This document shows positions 51,287 to 60,164 of a stretch of 64,000 nucleotides of DNA, one piece after another. Below the pieces are notes generated by a model, which saw nothing but the letters and a program-made list of their open reading frames with translations, had not been told where the DNA came from and searched no databases. The first letter of the stretch is position 1. Each line of letters starts with the position of its first letter. A program made the translations under genes and the position numbers. Origin of the DNA: an uncultured Actinomycetes bacterium (GTDB lineage Bacteria > Actinomycetota > UBA4738 > JBBDTT01); the NCBI GenBank assembly GCA_963742735.1, contig CAVUMN010000003.1, positions 672,001 to 736,000 of the forward strand, given 5' to 3'.

Positions 51287-51930
51287 TGGAGATGCTCATC
51301 TGGCTTCGCGACCGGCTTCGGCCCCAGGAGGGGATGACCCTGGTGGAGATGATGGTCACCACGGCCCTGCTGGGCGTCGTCAGCGCGATGTTCATGGCGA
51401 TCATGGCCTCGGTGCAGTCCGGCGTGGAGAAACAGATCGATCGCAGCAACGACAACGACCAGGTCCGCCTGGCCGTCCAGCAGCTCGACCGTGAGATCCG
51501 ATCGGGGAACGTGCTCTACAACCCGAACAACACGGCCTACCTCCCCTCGGGGACGCCGGCCGGGATGGGCATGCTCGTCTACACCCAGAACAACGCGAAC
51601 ATCCGCAACCCCGGGAACCGCTGCGTCCAGTGGCGGATCATCAACGGGGAGCTCCAGCGACGGGACTGGGCGACGGGGGACCCCACCGGGACCGTCTCGA
51701 CGTGGCGGGTCATCGCCGACAACGTGGTGAACGCGACGCTCTCGCCGCAGGTCCCGGCGTTCGTGCTGGACACCGACCCGAACAAGGGGAGCCGGATCGT
51801 CAACGTCACCATCGTGACCCAGACCAACGTGAATTCGGGCAACCCCATCCGCATCTCGGCCTCGCTCACGGGGCGCAACACCTCGTACGGCTACCCGTTG
51901 AGCGTCTGCGCGGCGGTGCCGGCCGCATGA
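51286..51930 (+). CDS. Minor pilin, PilW-like, cassette 1
   Basis: QEG-MTLVEMMVT signal, RLAVQQLDREIRSG; paralogue of 55198..55818. Confidence 0.85.
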   Translation: MEMLIWLRDRLRPQEGMTLVEMMVTTALLGVVSAMFMAIMASVQSGVEKQIDRSNDNDQVRLAVQQLDREIRSGNVLYNPNNTAYLPSGTPAGMGMLVYTQNNANIRNPGNRCVQWRIINGELQRRDWATGDPTGTVSTWRVIADNVVNATLSPQVPAFVLDTDPNKGSRIVNVTIVTQTNVNSGNPIRISASLTGRNTSYGYPLSVCAAVPAA

Positions 51931-51941
51931 GAGGAGGAGCG

Positions 51942-53405
51942 ATGTTCCTCAGGCTCCACCGGGACGAGCGGGGCGTGGCCCTGATCACCGCGATGCTCGT
52001 GGGGATGGTCGTGCTCTCGCTGGGGCTGGTGACGATCCAGCTCTCGGCGCACAACGCCGACTCGAGCTCCCTGGACCGCAAGCGCCTCCAGGCCATCCAC
52101 GCGGCCGAGGCGGGCCTGGACCTGTACCTGGCCCAGCTGCCGCGCACCGCGATCGGCGCTATCCAGTGCACGCCCGCCGTCCAGACGCTGCCCCTGGAGG
52201 GCGGCGCGCAGTACCAGATCACGGCGCAGTTCTATCCCACGTTCCCGGGGGTGACGGGTCAGCAGCTGACCTGCCCCCTGACCTCGACGACCGTGCCGGC
52301 GGGCGCGGTCATCACGTCGCGGGGCACCGCCGTTGCCGTGGGCAACGTACGGGCCGTCTCGCGGACGTTCCAGACCGAGGTCGCCCTGAACCCCATCCTC
52401 GGCGGCTTCGCCCCCGCGATCTTCTCCGACGTCCAGTTCAGCGTGAACAACAACCTGAACGTGTACGGCAACACCGGGAACGACGCCGACATGTACACGA
52501 ACGGCAACTTCGTCTGCTCGAACTCCTCGCTGGACTACGGGAGCGTGAACGCCCAGGGCTTCGCCTCGCTCTCCAACTCCTGCACCGTCGCCCAGGACCT
52601 GCGGGTGGGCGGGAACATCACCATGACGCAGAGCTCGCGCGTGGGCCACGACGCCATCTCCTCGGCCGGCACGATCACGCTGGCGAACTCGGCTCAGATC
52701 GGCAACAACGCCCGCGCCGCGGGGGCCTGCTCGGGATGCGTCCAGGGCTCGAGCGTGCTGGGGACGATCACCACCAACAGCAGCTCGGCGCCGCCCCCCC
52801 AGATCGCCATGCCCACCGTCAACTGGGCGGGCGGGACGGCCTGGTCGACGGCCGGCTACACCATCGCGAGCTTCAGCGACTGCACGGCGGCCAGGAACCA
52901 CATCCAGAACGTGGTCAGCGGGAGCAGCACCCCGACCGTCGTCCGGATCACTTCCTCCTGCGCACTGGCGTTCAGCAGCTCGGCCGACGTCTTCCTGGGC
53001 GCGAACCTGGCGATCATCACCAACGGGTCGATCAGCACGTCCAACCACTCCATCTTCAAGTCGACCACGAGCACCCCCCGGGAGATGTTCTTCATCGTCC
53101 CGCGGGACATCTTCACGCCGGCCACCCCGCCTGATTCCCGGGCCACCAACTGCAGCGGGACGACCAACAACATCAATATGGTCAACAACACCGACATCGT
53201 GAACGTGCGGCTGTTCCTGTACAGCCCCTGCACGATCAACCTGAACAACAACAACCTCGGGCTGGGCGGCCAGATCTTCGGCCAGAACGTGAACATCAAC
53301 AATCACTTCTCGTTCACGTACCGGCCGATGCTGATCCCGGGGGCGGGGAGCATCGTCGGGTTCAACTCGGACATCGCGTACCTTCGCGAGATCACGAACG
53401 CGTAG
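51942..53405 (+). CDS. Minor pilin, PilX/GspK-like, with Asn-rich putative adhesin domain, cassette 1
   Basis: ERG-VALITAM signal lacking Glu5, QAIHAAEAGLD PilX motif; ends DIAYLREITNA. Confidence 0.85.
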   Translation: MFLRLHRDERGVALITAMLVGMVVLSLGLVTIQLSAHNADSSSLDRKRLQAIHAAEAGLDLYLAQLPRTAIGAIQCTPAVQTLPLEGGAQYQITAQFYPTFPGVTGQQLTCPLTSTTVPAGAVITSRGTAVAVGNVRAVSRTFQTEVALNPILGGFAPAIFSDVQFSVNNNLNVYGNTGNDADMYTNGNFVCSNSSLDYGSVNAQGFASLSNSCTVAQDLRVGGNITMTQSSRVGHDAISSAGTITLANSAQIGNNARAAGACSGCVQGSSVLGTITTNSSSAPPPQIAMPTVNWAGGTAWSTAGYTIASFSDCTAARNHIQNVVSGSSTPTVVRITSSCALAFSSSADVFLGANLAIITNGSISTSNHSIFKSTTSTPREMFFIVPRDIFTPATPPDSRATNCSGTTNNINMVNNTDIVNVRLFLYSPCTINLNNNNLGLGGQIFGQNVNINNHFSFTYRPMLIPGAGSIVGFNSDIAYLREITNA

Positions 53406-53419
53406 CCGAACGACGAGCT

Positions 53420-53446
53420 TCAGCGGGCGCCCTCCCGGGCCGATAT
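53420..53446 (+). promoter_or_regulatory. sigma28/WhiG-type promoter of minor-pilin cassette 2 (probably leaderless)
   Basis: TCAG-N15-GCCGATAT, 7 nt before ATG 53454. Confidence 0.68.
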
Positions 53447-53453
53447 CTGGTGC

Positions 53454-55205
53454 ATGGCGACCATCCGCCGCATCCTTCGCGGCGCCCGCGCACGACTGGC
53501 TCACCCTCGGGATGAGACCGGCTTCACGCTGGTCGAGCTCATGGTGGCGCAGGGGATCATCCTGGTCTCGCTGCTCTCTCTGGCGTACACGGCCACGGTC
53601 GGCTTCTCGGACATCGCCCTGGCCCGCCAGCGCCAGGGGGCGAACGGGATCGCCAACCAGATCCTCGAACAGGTCCGCGCGCTGCCCTTCGACACCCTGA
53701 AGCGCGGCCTGGCGAACTCCGACCTTCCCGCCGGCGATCCGGCGATCATCACCTCCGGGTGCCCCGGAAACGCCCCGTACTGCTACCGGTCCTCCGCCTC
53801 GGCGGCGCTCGAGGCGATCCCCCGCGGCAACAACGCCGCGGTGGCGCCGCTGGTGCCGCACCGGGCCAACGTGACGGTCGGGCAGGTCACGTACAGCCGG
53901 GCGGTCTACGTCACCTACTATCAGAACGACGCCTCCCTCAACGCGTTCCGGGTCACGGTGGTCGTGTCCTGGACGAACCCGGCCCGCCGGGGCGTCGACT
54001 CCACCGTCGTCGCCCAGAGCGTCATGTACTCGCCGCCGGGGTGCGTCTCCACGGCCACCCACCCGTTCGCGGCCCCGTGCCAGCCGTTCTTCTACGGGGC
54101 GGCGCAGAACCCGGCCGGCCAGATCTCGATCGCGGGGACGCTGGCCGGGATCGATCTCACGAAGGCGACGCTGTGGACCCCGGCGCAGTCCTCGACCATG
54201 CAGGTCGAGCAGATCTCGGCCGTGCAGGGGTCGTCCACCACCGCCGGCATGAGCCTGTCCCTGGCGGGGAACGAGACGACCACGGGACGGGTCACGGCGA
54301 ACTCCTCGGCGGAGAACGACCCCGCGCAGCCGGGCCAGGACTACGAGACCGCGTCCACCTCCGGATCGAGCCAGATCCTCTCGGCGGGAAGCGGCAACAC
54401 CATCGCGCTCTCGGTGGCCGCCGGGTCGAGCGGAAGCACGATCAGCACCACCTCGGCCAACACCTCGCACCCGTGCGCCTCACAGACCGACGACCAGGCC
54501 TGCGGGCGATCGACCGCCACGCAGGGGGCGGCGCTCAGCCTGACGGCCGGGCTCAACACCGGCTTCCTGGGCCTGGGGACCGCCAACGTGGTCTCGGTCG
54601 CCACGTACACGACGACCGGCACCACCAACCGTGAGCTGGACGCCTCGGGAGACGGCAAGATCGCGGTCACGGCCAGCCGGAGCATCGGCGACGTCCGCAT
54701 CGGCGGCCTCCCGACGGGCCTCGGGGCGCTCCTGCTCCCGTTCGGCTGGCAGGGCCATCTGGTTCGGGTCACGGGGTACAGCGACTCGCTCACGGCGCAG
54801 ACCGGCATCAACACCGCCGCGCCGAGCGTGACCGCCGGCGGCACCATCAGTGTCTGGAACGGGTTCGGCTACACGAACGTGAACATCGTTCCCGGGGCGT
54901 CGGTGAACGTCCCCGTTACGTCGATCACCGTGCAGGACCCGCTCTCCCCCGGAGGTCTGCTTCGGATCACGCTGGGGGCCACGGTGCGGACGGGCGGCAC
55001 GACGGCGACGGCCACCTCGAAGGTTTGCTCGCCCTCCTGCCTGAACACGCGCACGGCGGCCACCGCGTCGGCCGCCTCGCCGGTCATCGTGGACCTCACG
55101 CTCGACGTCACCTTCGCGGGGAACTCGATCGCGGACCTCGACGTGCACGTCGACCTGGGAACCCTCCAGGTCACCGGCGCGTACACGGAGGCCCCCGGTG
55201 GATGA
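53454..55205 (+). CDS. Large minor pilin, PilV-like, cassette 2
   Basis: ETG-FTLVELMVAQG signal; paralogue of 49487..51286. Confidence 0.85.
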   Translation: MATIRRILRGARARLAHPRDETGFTLVELMVAQGIILVSLLSLAYTATVGFSDIALARQRQGANGIANQILEQVRALPFDTLKRGLANSDLPAGDPAIITSGCPGNAPYCYRSSASAALEAIPRGNNAAVAPLVPHRANVTVGQVTYSRAVYVTYYQNDASLNAFRVTVVVSWTNPARRGVDSTVVAQSVMYSPPGCVSTATHPFAAPCQPFFYGAAQNPAGQISIAGTLAGIDLTKATLWTPAQSSTMQVEQISAVQGSSTTAGMSLSLAGNETTTGRVTANSSAENDPAQPGQDYETASTSGSSQILSAGSGNTIALSVAAGSSGSTISTTSANTSHPCASQTDDQACGRSTATQGAALSLTAGLNTGFLGLGTANVVSVATYTTTGTTNRELDASGDGKIAVTASRSIGDVRIGGLPTGLGALLLPFGWQGHLVRVTGYSDSLTAQTGINTAAPSVTAGGTISVWNGFGYTNVNIVPGASVNVPVTSITVQDPLSPGGLLRITLGATVRTGGTTATATSKVCSPSCLNTRTAATASAASPVIVDLTLDVTFAGNSIADLDVHVDLGTLQVTGAYTEAPGG

Positions 55206-55818
55206 GCTGCGCCGGCGCCTGCGCTCGGAGTCGGGGATGACGCTCCTGGAGCTGATGGTCACCACCAGCCTGCTCGGGATCGTCAGCGTGATGTTCCTGT
55301 CGATCATGACCTCGGTGCAGTCCGGGGTGCACAAGGAGACGGACCGGAGCAACGACAACGACCAGGCTCGCCTGGCGGTCCAGCAGCTCGACCGGGAGAT
55401 CCGTTCGGGGAACGTGCTCTACGACCCGGCCTCGGAGCCGGCCCCGTTCACCCCCTATTACAGCCTCCGCGTGTACACGCAGGCCAACGCCAACATCCGG
55501 ACTCCCGGCAACCGCTGCGTGCAGTGGCGGATCCTCGATGGGGAGCTCCTCCGGCGGGACTGGGACGGGGTGAACCCCGCGGCGACGGTCTCGCCGTGGC
55601 GGGTGGTCGCCGACAGCCTGGTCAACCAGGACCTCGGCGTCCCGGCGTTCGTCCTCGACGCCGACCCTCAGAAGGGCGGGCGCATCGTGAACGTGACGAT
55701 CGTGACCCAGACGGACGCCGATTCCGGCAACCCCGTGCGGCTCTCCGTCTCGCTCACCGGGCGGAACACCTCCTACGGCTACCCCGTGAACGTCTGCGGG
55801 ACGATCCCGGCGGCGTAG
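55198..55818 (+). CDS. Minor pilin, PilW-like, cassette 2
   Basis: ESG-MTLLELMVT signal, RLAVQQLDREIRSG. Confidence 0.85.
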   Translation: MDELRRRLRSESGMTLLELMVTTSLLGIVSVMFLSIMTSVQSGVHKETDRSNDNDQARLAVQQLDREIRSGNVLYDPASEPAPFTPYYSLRVYTQANANIRTPGNRCVQWRILDGELLRRDWDGVNPAATVSPWRVVADSLVNQDLGVPAFVLDADPQKGGRIVNVTIVTQTDADSGNPVRLSVSLTGRNTSYGYPVNVCGTIPAA

Positions 55819-57258
55819 ATGGGACGGCTCGCGCTGCGACGGCTGCATCGGGACGAGCGGGGCGTGGCCCTGGTCACCGCGATGCTGGTCGGCATGGTCG
55901 TCCTCTCGCTCAGCCTGATCACCGTCCAGCTGTCCGCGCACAACGTCGACGCGAGCTCGAGCGACCGCAAGCGCGTCCAGGCCATCCACGCGGCGGAGGC
56001 GGGCCTGGACTCCTACCTGGCCCTGCTCGCGAGGACCCCGATCGGCAGCATCCAGTGCACGCCGCCCCCGAGCTTGCTCCCGATCGACCCCGGGGCGCAG
56101 TTTCAGATCACCGCCACGTACTACCCGACCTACCCCGGGGTCGTGGGCCAGGAGCTGTCCTGCCCGCTGAGCCCCAGCGCTCCGCCGAAGGGGGCGGTCA
56201 TCACCTCACGCGGCACCGCGATGCCGGGAAGCGGGTCGAGGCCGGTGTCCCGAACCATGCAGACCGAGGTCCGGCTGAGCCCGATCTTCGGCGGCTACAA
56301 CTTCGCGATCTTCTCCAACAGCGGGATGAGCGTCCAGAACAACCTGACCGTGAACGGCTACGCCGGCAACGACGGCGACATCTACACGAACGGGAACTTC
56401 GCGTGCACCAACGGGACGACCGACTACGGGACGGTGACCACGCAGGGGAGCGCGTCGGTCTCGAACACCTGCAACATCCTCCAGGACCTGCGCGCCAACG
56501 GGAACATCACGATGTCGAACTCGGGGCACGTCGGGCACGACGCCACCTCGTCCACGGGGTCGATCACCATGCTGAACTCGTCGCGGATCGACAACAACGC
56601 GCGCGCCGGCACGACGTGCGTGGGGTGCGTGCAGGGGAACAACGTCCTTGGCAACCTCACCACCTCGTCGCCGTCGCCCGCGCCGATCCTGTACCCGCTG
56701 CCGCAGATCGACTACGTCGCGGCCTCGTGGCAGGCGGAGGGCTACACCGCCCACAACGACTCAAGCTGCGCCACGGCGAAGACGTTCGTCCAGTCGCTGG
56801 CCGCCTCGTCCACTCCCTACGTGGAACGGATCGGCACCACGTGCGCCCTGGCGTTCAGCAACAACAGCACGATCACCCTGGGCTCGGACCTGGCCATCAT
56901 CACCAACGGGTCGATCTCCACGGGGAACTTCACGGTCTTCAGGTCCTCGAACGCGGCGGAGCCGAGGGACCTGCACCTCATCGTTCCCGTGAGCGCCGTC
57001 TCGAGCTGCACGGGAACGCAGAACATCACCTTCGCGAACAACACCGACTTCCAGAACGTGCGGGTGTTCGTGTACACGCCGTGCACCGCCTCGATGAACA
57101 ACAACAACATCGGGCTGGGAGGCCAGATCATCGGGGGCACCGTCAACCTGCTCAACCACTTCGCGTTCACCTACTACCCGATGCTCGTGCCCGGGGCCGG
57201 ATCGATCACCGGCTACACGCCGGACATCGCGTACCTCCGCGAGATCACCAACACCTAG
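55819..57258 (+). CDS. Minor pilin, PilX/GspK-like, with Asn-rich putative adhesin domain, cassette 2
   Basis: ERG-VALVTAM, QAIHAAEAGLD; ends DIAYLREITNT. Confidence 0.85.
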   Translation: MGRLALRRLHRDERGVALVTAMLVGMVVLSLSLITVQLSAHNVDASSSDRKRVQAIHAAEAGLDSYLALLARTPIGSIQCTPPPSLLPIDPGAQFQITATYYPTYPGVVGQELSCPLSPSAPPKGAVITSRGTAMPGSGSRPVSRTMQTEVRLSPIFGGYNFAIFSNSGMSVQNNLTVNGYAGNDGDIYTNGNFACTNGTTDYGTVTTQGSASVSNTCNILQDLRANGNITMSNSGHVGHDATSSTGSITMLNSSRIDNNARAGTTCVGCVQGNNVLGNLTTSSPSPAPILYPLPQIDYVAASWQAEGYTAHNDSSCATAKTFVQSLAASSTPYVERIGTTCALAFSNNSTITLGSDLAIITNGSISTGNFTVFRSSNAAEPRDLHLIVPVSAVSSCTGTQNITFANNTDFQNVRVFVYTPCTASMNNNNIGLGGQIIGGTVNLLNHFAFTYYPMLVPGAGSITGYTPDIAYLREITNT

Positions 57259-57279
57259 GGTCCGGGTACGCTTCGCATC

Positions 57280-58044
57280 GTGGCCGTGGCGATCGCCATC
57301 CTGTTCGGACTGACGTTCGGCAGCTTCCTGACCGTCGTCGTGCACCGCACCCCCCGCCGTGAGCCGATCGGGCGGGGGAGGAGCCGGTGCCCCTCGTGCG
57401 GGACGACGCTCACCTGGCGGGACAACATCCCGGTCGTCTCCTTCCTGGTCCTGCGGGGGCGGTGCCGGCACTGCGGGGCCCGGATCTCGCCGCGGTACCC
57501 GCTGATCGAGCTCGGGACCGCCGCGCTGTTCGCCGGCGCGGTGATCCGGTACTCGGACGACGCGGTCGCGGCCGTGATCGCCCCGTTCCTGGGCGTGCTC
57601 CTGGCCCTGGCCCTGGTGGATCTGGAGCACCGGATCATCCCCAACGCCGTCGTCTATCCGGCCCTGCCGGTCTTCGCGGTGGCGATCGTGGCCCTCGACC
57701 TGGCCGGCCGGGCGGCGAGCGTCGTCGACGCCGGCATCGGGTTCCTCGCCTACGGGGGAGGGCTGCTCGTGATCGCCCTCATCCGTCCCGGGGGGATGGG
57801 GATGGGCGACGTGAAGCTCGCCGGGCTGATCGGGCTGGTCCTCGGGAGCCAGGGACTCGGCGTCGTCGGCGTCGCCGCGGCGCTCGGGATCCTCTTGGGC
57901 GGGCTCGGGGGAGTGGTGGCGCTCGCCGTCGGCCGGTCCCGGAAGTCCGCCCTGCCGTTCGGGCCGTTCCTGGCCGCGGGGGCCATCGCGGCCGCCCTGT
58001 GGGGCCGGGAGATCGCCGACGCCTACCTGTCGCTGCTGACCTAG
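57280..58044 (+). CDS. pilD: Prepilin peptidase/N-methyltransferase
   Basis: GSFLTVV, CPSC..CRHC zinc motifs, DLEHRIIP and GMGDVKL catalytic Asp, PFGPFL. Confidence 0.96.
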   Translation: MAVAIAILFGLTFGSFLTVVVHRTPRREPIGRGRSRCPSCGTTLTWRDNIPVVSFLVLRGRCRHCGARISPRYPLIELGTAALFAGAVIRYSDDAVAAVIAPFLGVLLALALVDLEHRIIPNAVVYPALPVFAVAIVALDLAGRAASVVDAGIGFLAYGGGLLVIALIRPGGMGMGDVKLAGLIGLVLGSQGLGVVGVAAALGILLGGLGGVVALAVGRSRKSALPFGPFLAAGAIAAALWGREIADAYLSLLT

Positions 58045-58142
58045 TCCGGAGGGTCCCGCGCGGTCGAGCGCACCTCCGTCAACGGCCGGGAATTACAGTT
58101 CTGTCATTGAACAGGCGGGCAAAAAAGTGTCTCCCGTGATGT

Positions 58143-58171
58143 TTGACTACGACCGTGCGCATCGTTAGCCT
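58143..58171 (+). promoter_or_regulatory. Housekeeping sigma promoter for HTH-pilMNOP
   Basis: TTGACT-N17-TAGCCT. Confidence 0.65.
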
Positions 58172-58188
58172 CGGGCCCAGCGGTGGTG

Positions 58189-58242
58189 CTGTGAGTCTTG
58201 TTGAAGCTGTGATAGCTGTTAAACTTGTTGAAGTTGTGAAAG
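58189..58242 (+). repeat. Six tandem 9-bp direct repeats (YTGT-K-RAAG-like), putative operator array
   Basis: ctgtgagtc ttgttgaag ctgtgatag ctgttaaac ttgttgaag ttgtgaaag. Confidence 0.85.
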
Positions 58243-58273
58243 CCGCAGGTCAGAGGGCCGAAAAGGGGTAGCG

Positions 58274-58486
58274 ATGGCACCGAAGGGCCGGAGCTTCGTG
58301 GGCGACCGCCTCCTCACCGTGGGTGAGGTGGCCGGCAGCATGCGCGTCTCGAACATGACGGTCTACCGCCTGATCAAGAGCGGCCAGCTCGCCGCCATCC
58401 GCGTGGGGAAGAACTACCGGATCCGTGAGTCCGACGTCGATCGGTACCTCTCGGAGCGGTCCGTGCGCGTCGAGGAGCTTCCCTGA
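58274..58486 (+). CDS. Excisionase-type (HTH_17/MerR-like) small DNA-binding protein, Rv0500A/BldC-like
   Basis: LLTVGEVAGSMRVSNMTVYRLIKSGQLAAIRVGKNYRI; stop overlaps pilM start (TGATG). Confidence 0.9.
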   Translation: MAPKGRSFVGDRLLTVGEVAGSMRVSNMTVYRLIKSGQLAAIRVGKNYRIRESDVDRYLSERSVRVEELP

Positions 58487-59538
58487 TGCCCAAGTCCCGC
58501 ATCGGCGTCGACGTCGGCTCCACCGCGGTTCGGGCCGCCGAGCTCTCGATCGGGTCCGAGCCGCCCACACTCGTGCGGGCCGCGCAGGTCCGCCTGACGC
58601 CCGGCACCGTGGAGAACGGCGAGGTGCGCCAGCCCGAGGTCCTGGCGGAGGCCCTGAAGGAGCTGTGGCAGCGGGGCGGATTCAAGGGCAAGCAGATCGT
58701 GATGGGCGTGGGAAACCAGCGGGTGATCGTCCGCGAGGTCACGCTCCCGGCGCTGCCCGACAAGGAGCTCCGGGAGTCGCTGCCGTTCCAGGTGCAGGAG
58801 TTCATCCCCCTGCCGGTCGACGAGGCGATCCTGGACTACGACGTCATCGAGGAGTTCACCGAGGACAACCGCAAGCTCGTCCGCCTGCTGCTGGTTGCGG
58901 CGCAGCGGGACATGGTGAGCACGCTGGTGGGTGCCGCCTCGGCCGCGAACCTCGACACGGTGGGGGTCGACCTGGTGCCGTTCGCGATCGTCCGCGCCAT
59001 CGGATCGACGGCCACCATCGGGCTCGACCCCGACGTGGGCGGCGAGGCCGTGATCGACATCGGCGCGGACGTCACGAACATCTGCGTGCACGAGAACGGC
59101 ACGCCGCGGTTCGTGCGCATCCTGCCCTCCGGCGGCCGCGACGTGACCCAGGCCATCGGCCGGGCCCTGGGGATGGAGGATCAGGCCGCCGAGGACGCCA
59201 AGCGCGGCCGGGCCGACGGTGAGGGCCCGGCGGCGGACGAGGTCGACCGCGTGGCCTTCAGCCGCGCCGGCACCTTCGTCGACGAGGTGCGGTCCTCGCT
59301 GGACTTCTACCTGGCGCAGACGCCGGGAGCCCGGATCACGCGCGTCGTGGTCAGCGGCGGCGGCTCGAAGCTCGCCGGGCTGATCGATCTGCTTCGAGAG
59401 CGCCTGTCCACCAACGTCGACCGTGGCCGCCCCTTCGACCGGGTCAGTGCCCGGCTCAACCTGCCCGAAGACGAGCTTGCGGAGGCCGAGCCGGTGCTCG
59501 CCGTCGCCGTGGGGCTCGCGCTCCCCCCGGAGGACTGA
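58486..59538 (+). CDS. pilM: Type IV pilus alignment protein PilM
   Basis: IGVDVGSTAVR, IDIGADVT, EVRSSLDFY, SGGGSKL, AVAVGLA. Confidence 0.95.
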   Translation: MPKSRIGVDVGSTAVRAAELSIGSEPPTLVRAAQVRLTPGTVENGEVRQPEVLAEALKELWQRGGFKGKQIVMGVGNQRVIVREVTLPALPDKELRESLPFQVQEFIPLPVDEAILDYDVIEEFTEDNRKLVRLLLVAAQRDMVSTLVGAASAANLDTVGVDLVPFAIVRAIGSTATIGLDPDVGGEAVIDIGADVTNICVHENGTPRFVRILPSGGRDVTQAIGRALGMEDQAAEDAKRGRADGEGPAADEVDRVAFSRAGTFVDEVRSSLDFYLAQTPGARITRVVVSGGGSKLAGLIDLLRERLSTNVDRGRPFDRVSARLNLPEDELAEAEPVLAVAVGLALPPED

Positions 59539-60164
59539 TGACGAAGATCAACCTTCTCCCCCCGGAGCTCATCGAGCGCCAGAAGGCCCGGCGCCAGACC
59601 ACGATCGTGGCCATCGTTGGGTTCCTGGTCATCGTCCTGCTCGGCTTCTTCTACGTCATGCAGCAGATCAAGCTGTCGGGCCTCGACGAGGACCTGGCGG
59701 CTCAGCAGGCTGAGAACGACGATCTGACCGCCCAGGTGAACGACCTCAAGCGCTTCGACGAGCTGCTCGCCGAGATCGCGGACCGCGAGGACCTGCTGGT
59801 GACCCTGCTCGAGAACGAGGTCCGGTGGTCGGGTGTGCTTCGCGACCTGTCCCTGGTGATCCCCGGGACGGCCTGGCTCGAGAGCCTCGAGGCGGCGGTG
59901 GACGATCCACTGAACCTGGTCGCCGAGGACAGCCTGGTCACGAGCGACCAGGACCTCGTCGGAGCGATCTCGTTCGTCGGGAAGGCCGACCGCCATCCGA
60001 CGGTCGCGGAGTGGCTGACGGCCCTCGAGAAGATCCGAGGGTTCTTGAACCCGTGGATCTCCGAGTCCGTAATTGAGCCCATCGGCGACGTCCCGGTCGT
60101 CAAGTTCACGTCGACGGTTGACCTCACCAGCGATATCACGGTCGAGGGGAGGGCACAGCAGTGA
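59538..60164 (+). CDS. pilN: PilN
   Basis: INLLP PilM-binding motif, TM, coiled coil. Confidence 0.9.
   Translation: MTKINLLPPELIERQKARRQTTIVAIVGFLVIVLLGFFYVMQQIKLSGLDEDLAAQQAENDDLTAQVNDLKRFDELLAEIADREDLLVTLLENEVRWSGVLRDLSLVIPGTAWLESLEAAVDDPLNLVAEDSLVTSDQDLVGAISFVGKADRHPTVAEWLTALEKIRGFLNPWISESVIEPIGDVPVVKFTSTVDLTSDITVEGRAQQ

Larger units (their letters stand above)
49487..57258 (+). repeat. Tandem duplication of a ~3.9-kb three-gene minor-pilin cassette (49487-53405 and 53454-57258)
   Basis: Same gene order and near-identical N-termini and internal motifs (GC.STATHPFAAPCQPF, PGNRCVQWRI, DIAYLREITN). Confidence 0.92.

Noticed and set aside
49487-57258. Diversity-generating retroelement or shufflon acting on the pilin tips
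   Set aside because: No reverse transcriptase or recombinase, both copies are same-strand full genes, and differences are not adenine-specific
58091-58108. BldD box in the imperfect palindrome aattacagttctgtcatt
   Set aside because: Half-site spacing is TTAC-N6-GTCA rather than TNAC-N5-GTNA; it may be another operator but is unsupported
58189-58242. Repeat array as a CRISPR array or replication iterons
   Set aside because: The 9-bp units have no spacers, and no cas or rep gene is present; units do not match DnaA box TTATCCACA
58274-58486. Excisionase as evidence of a prophage or ICE
   Set aside because: No integrase, att repeats or phage genes; the gene is coupled to pilM and resembles chromosomal actinobacterial HTH_17 regulators
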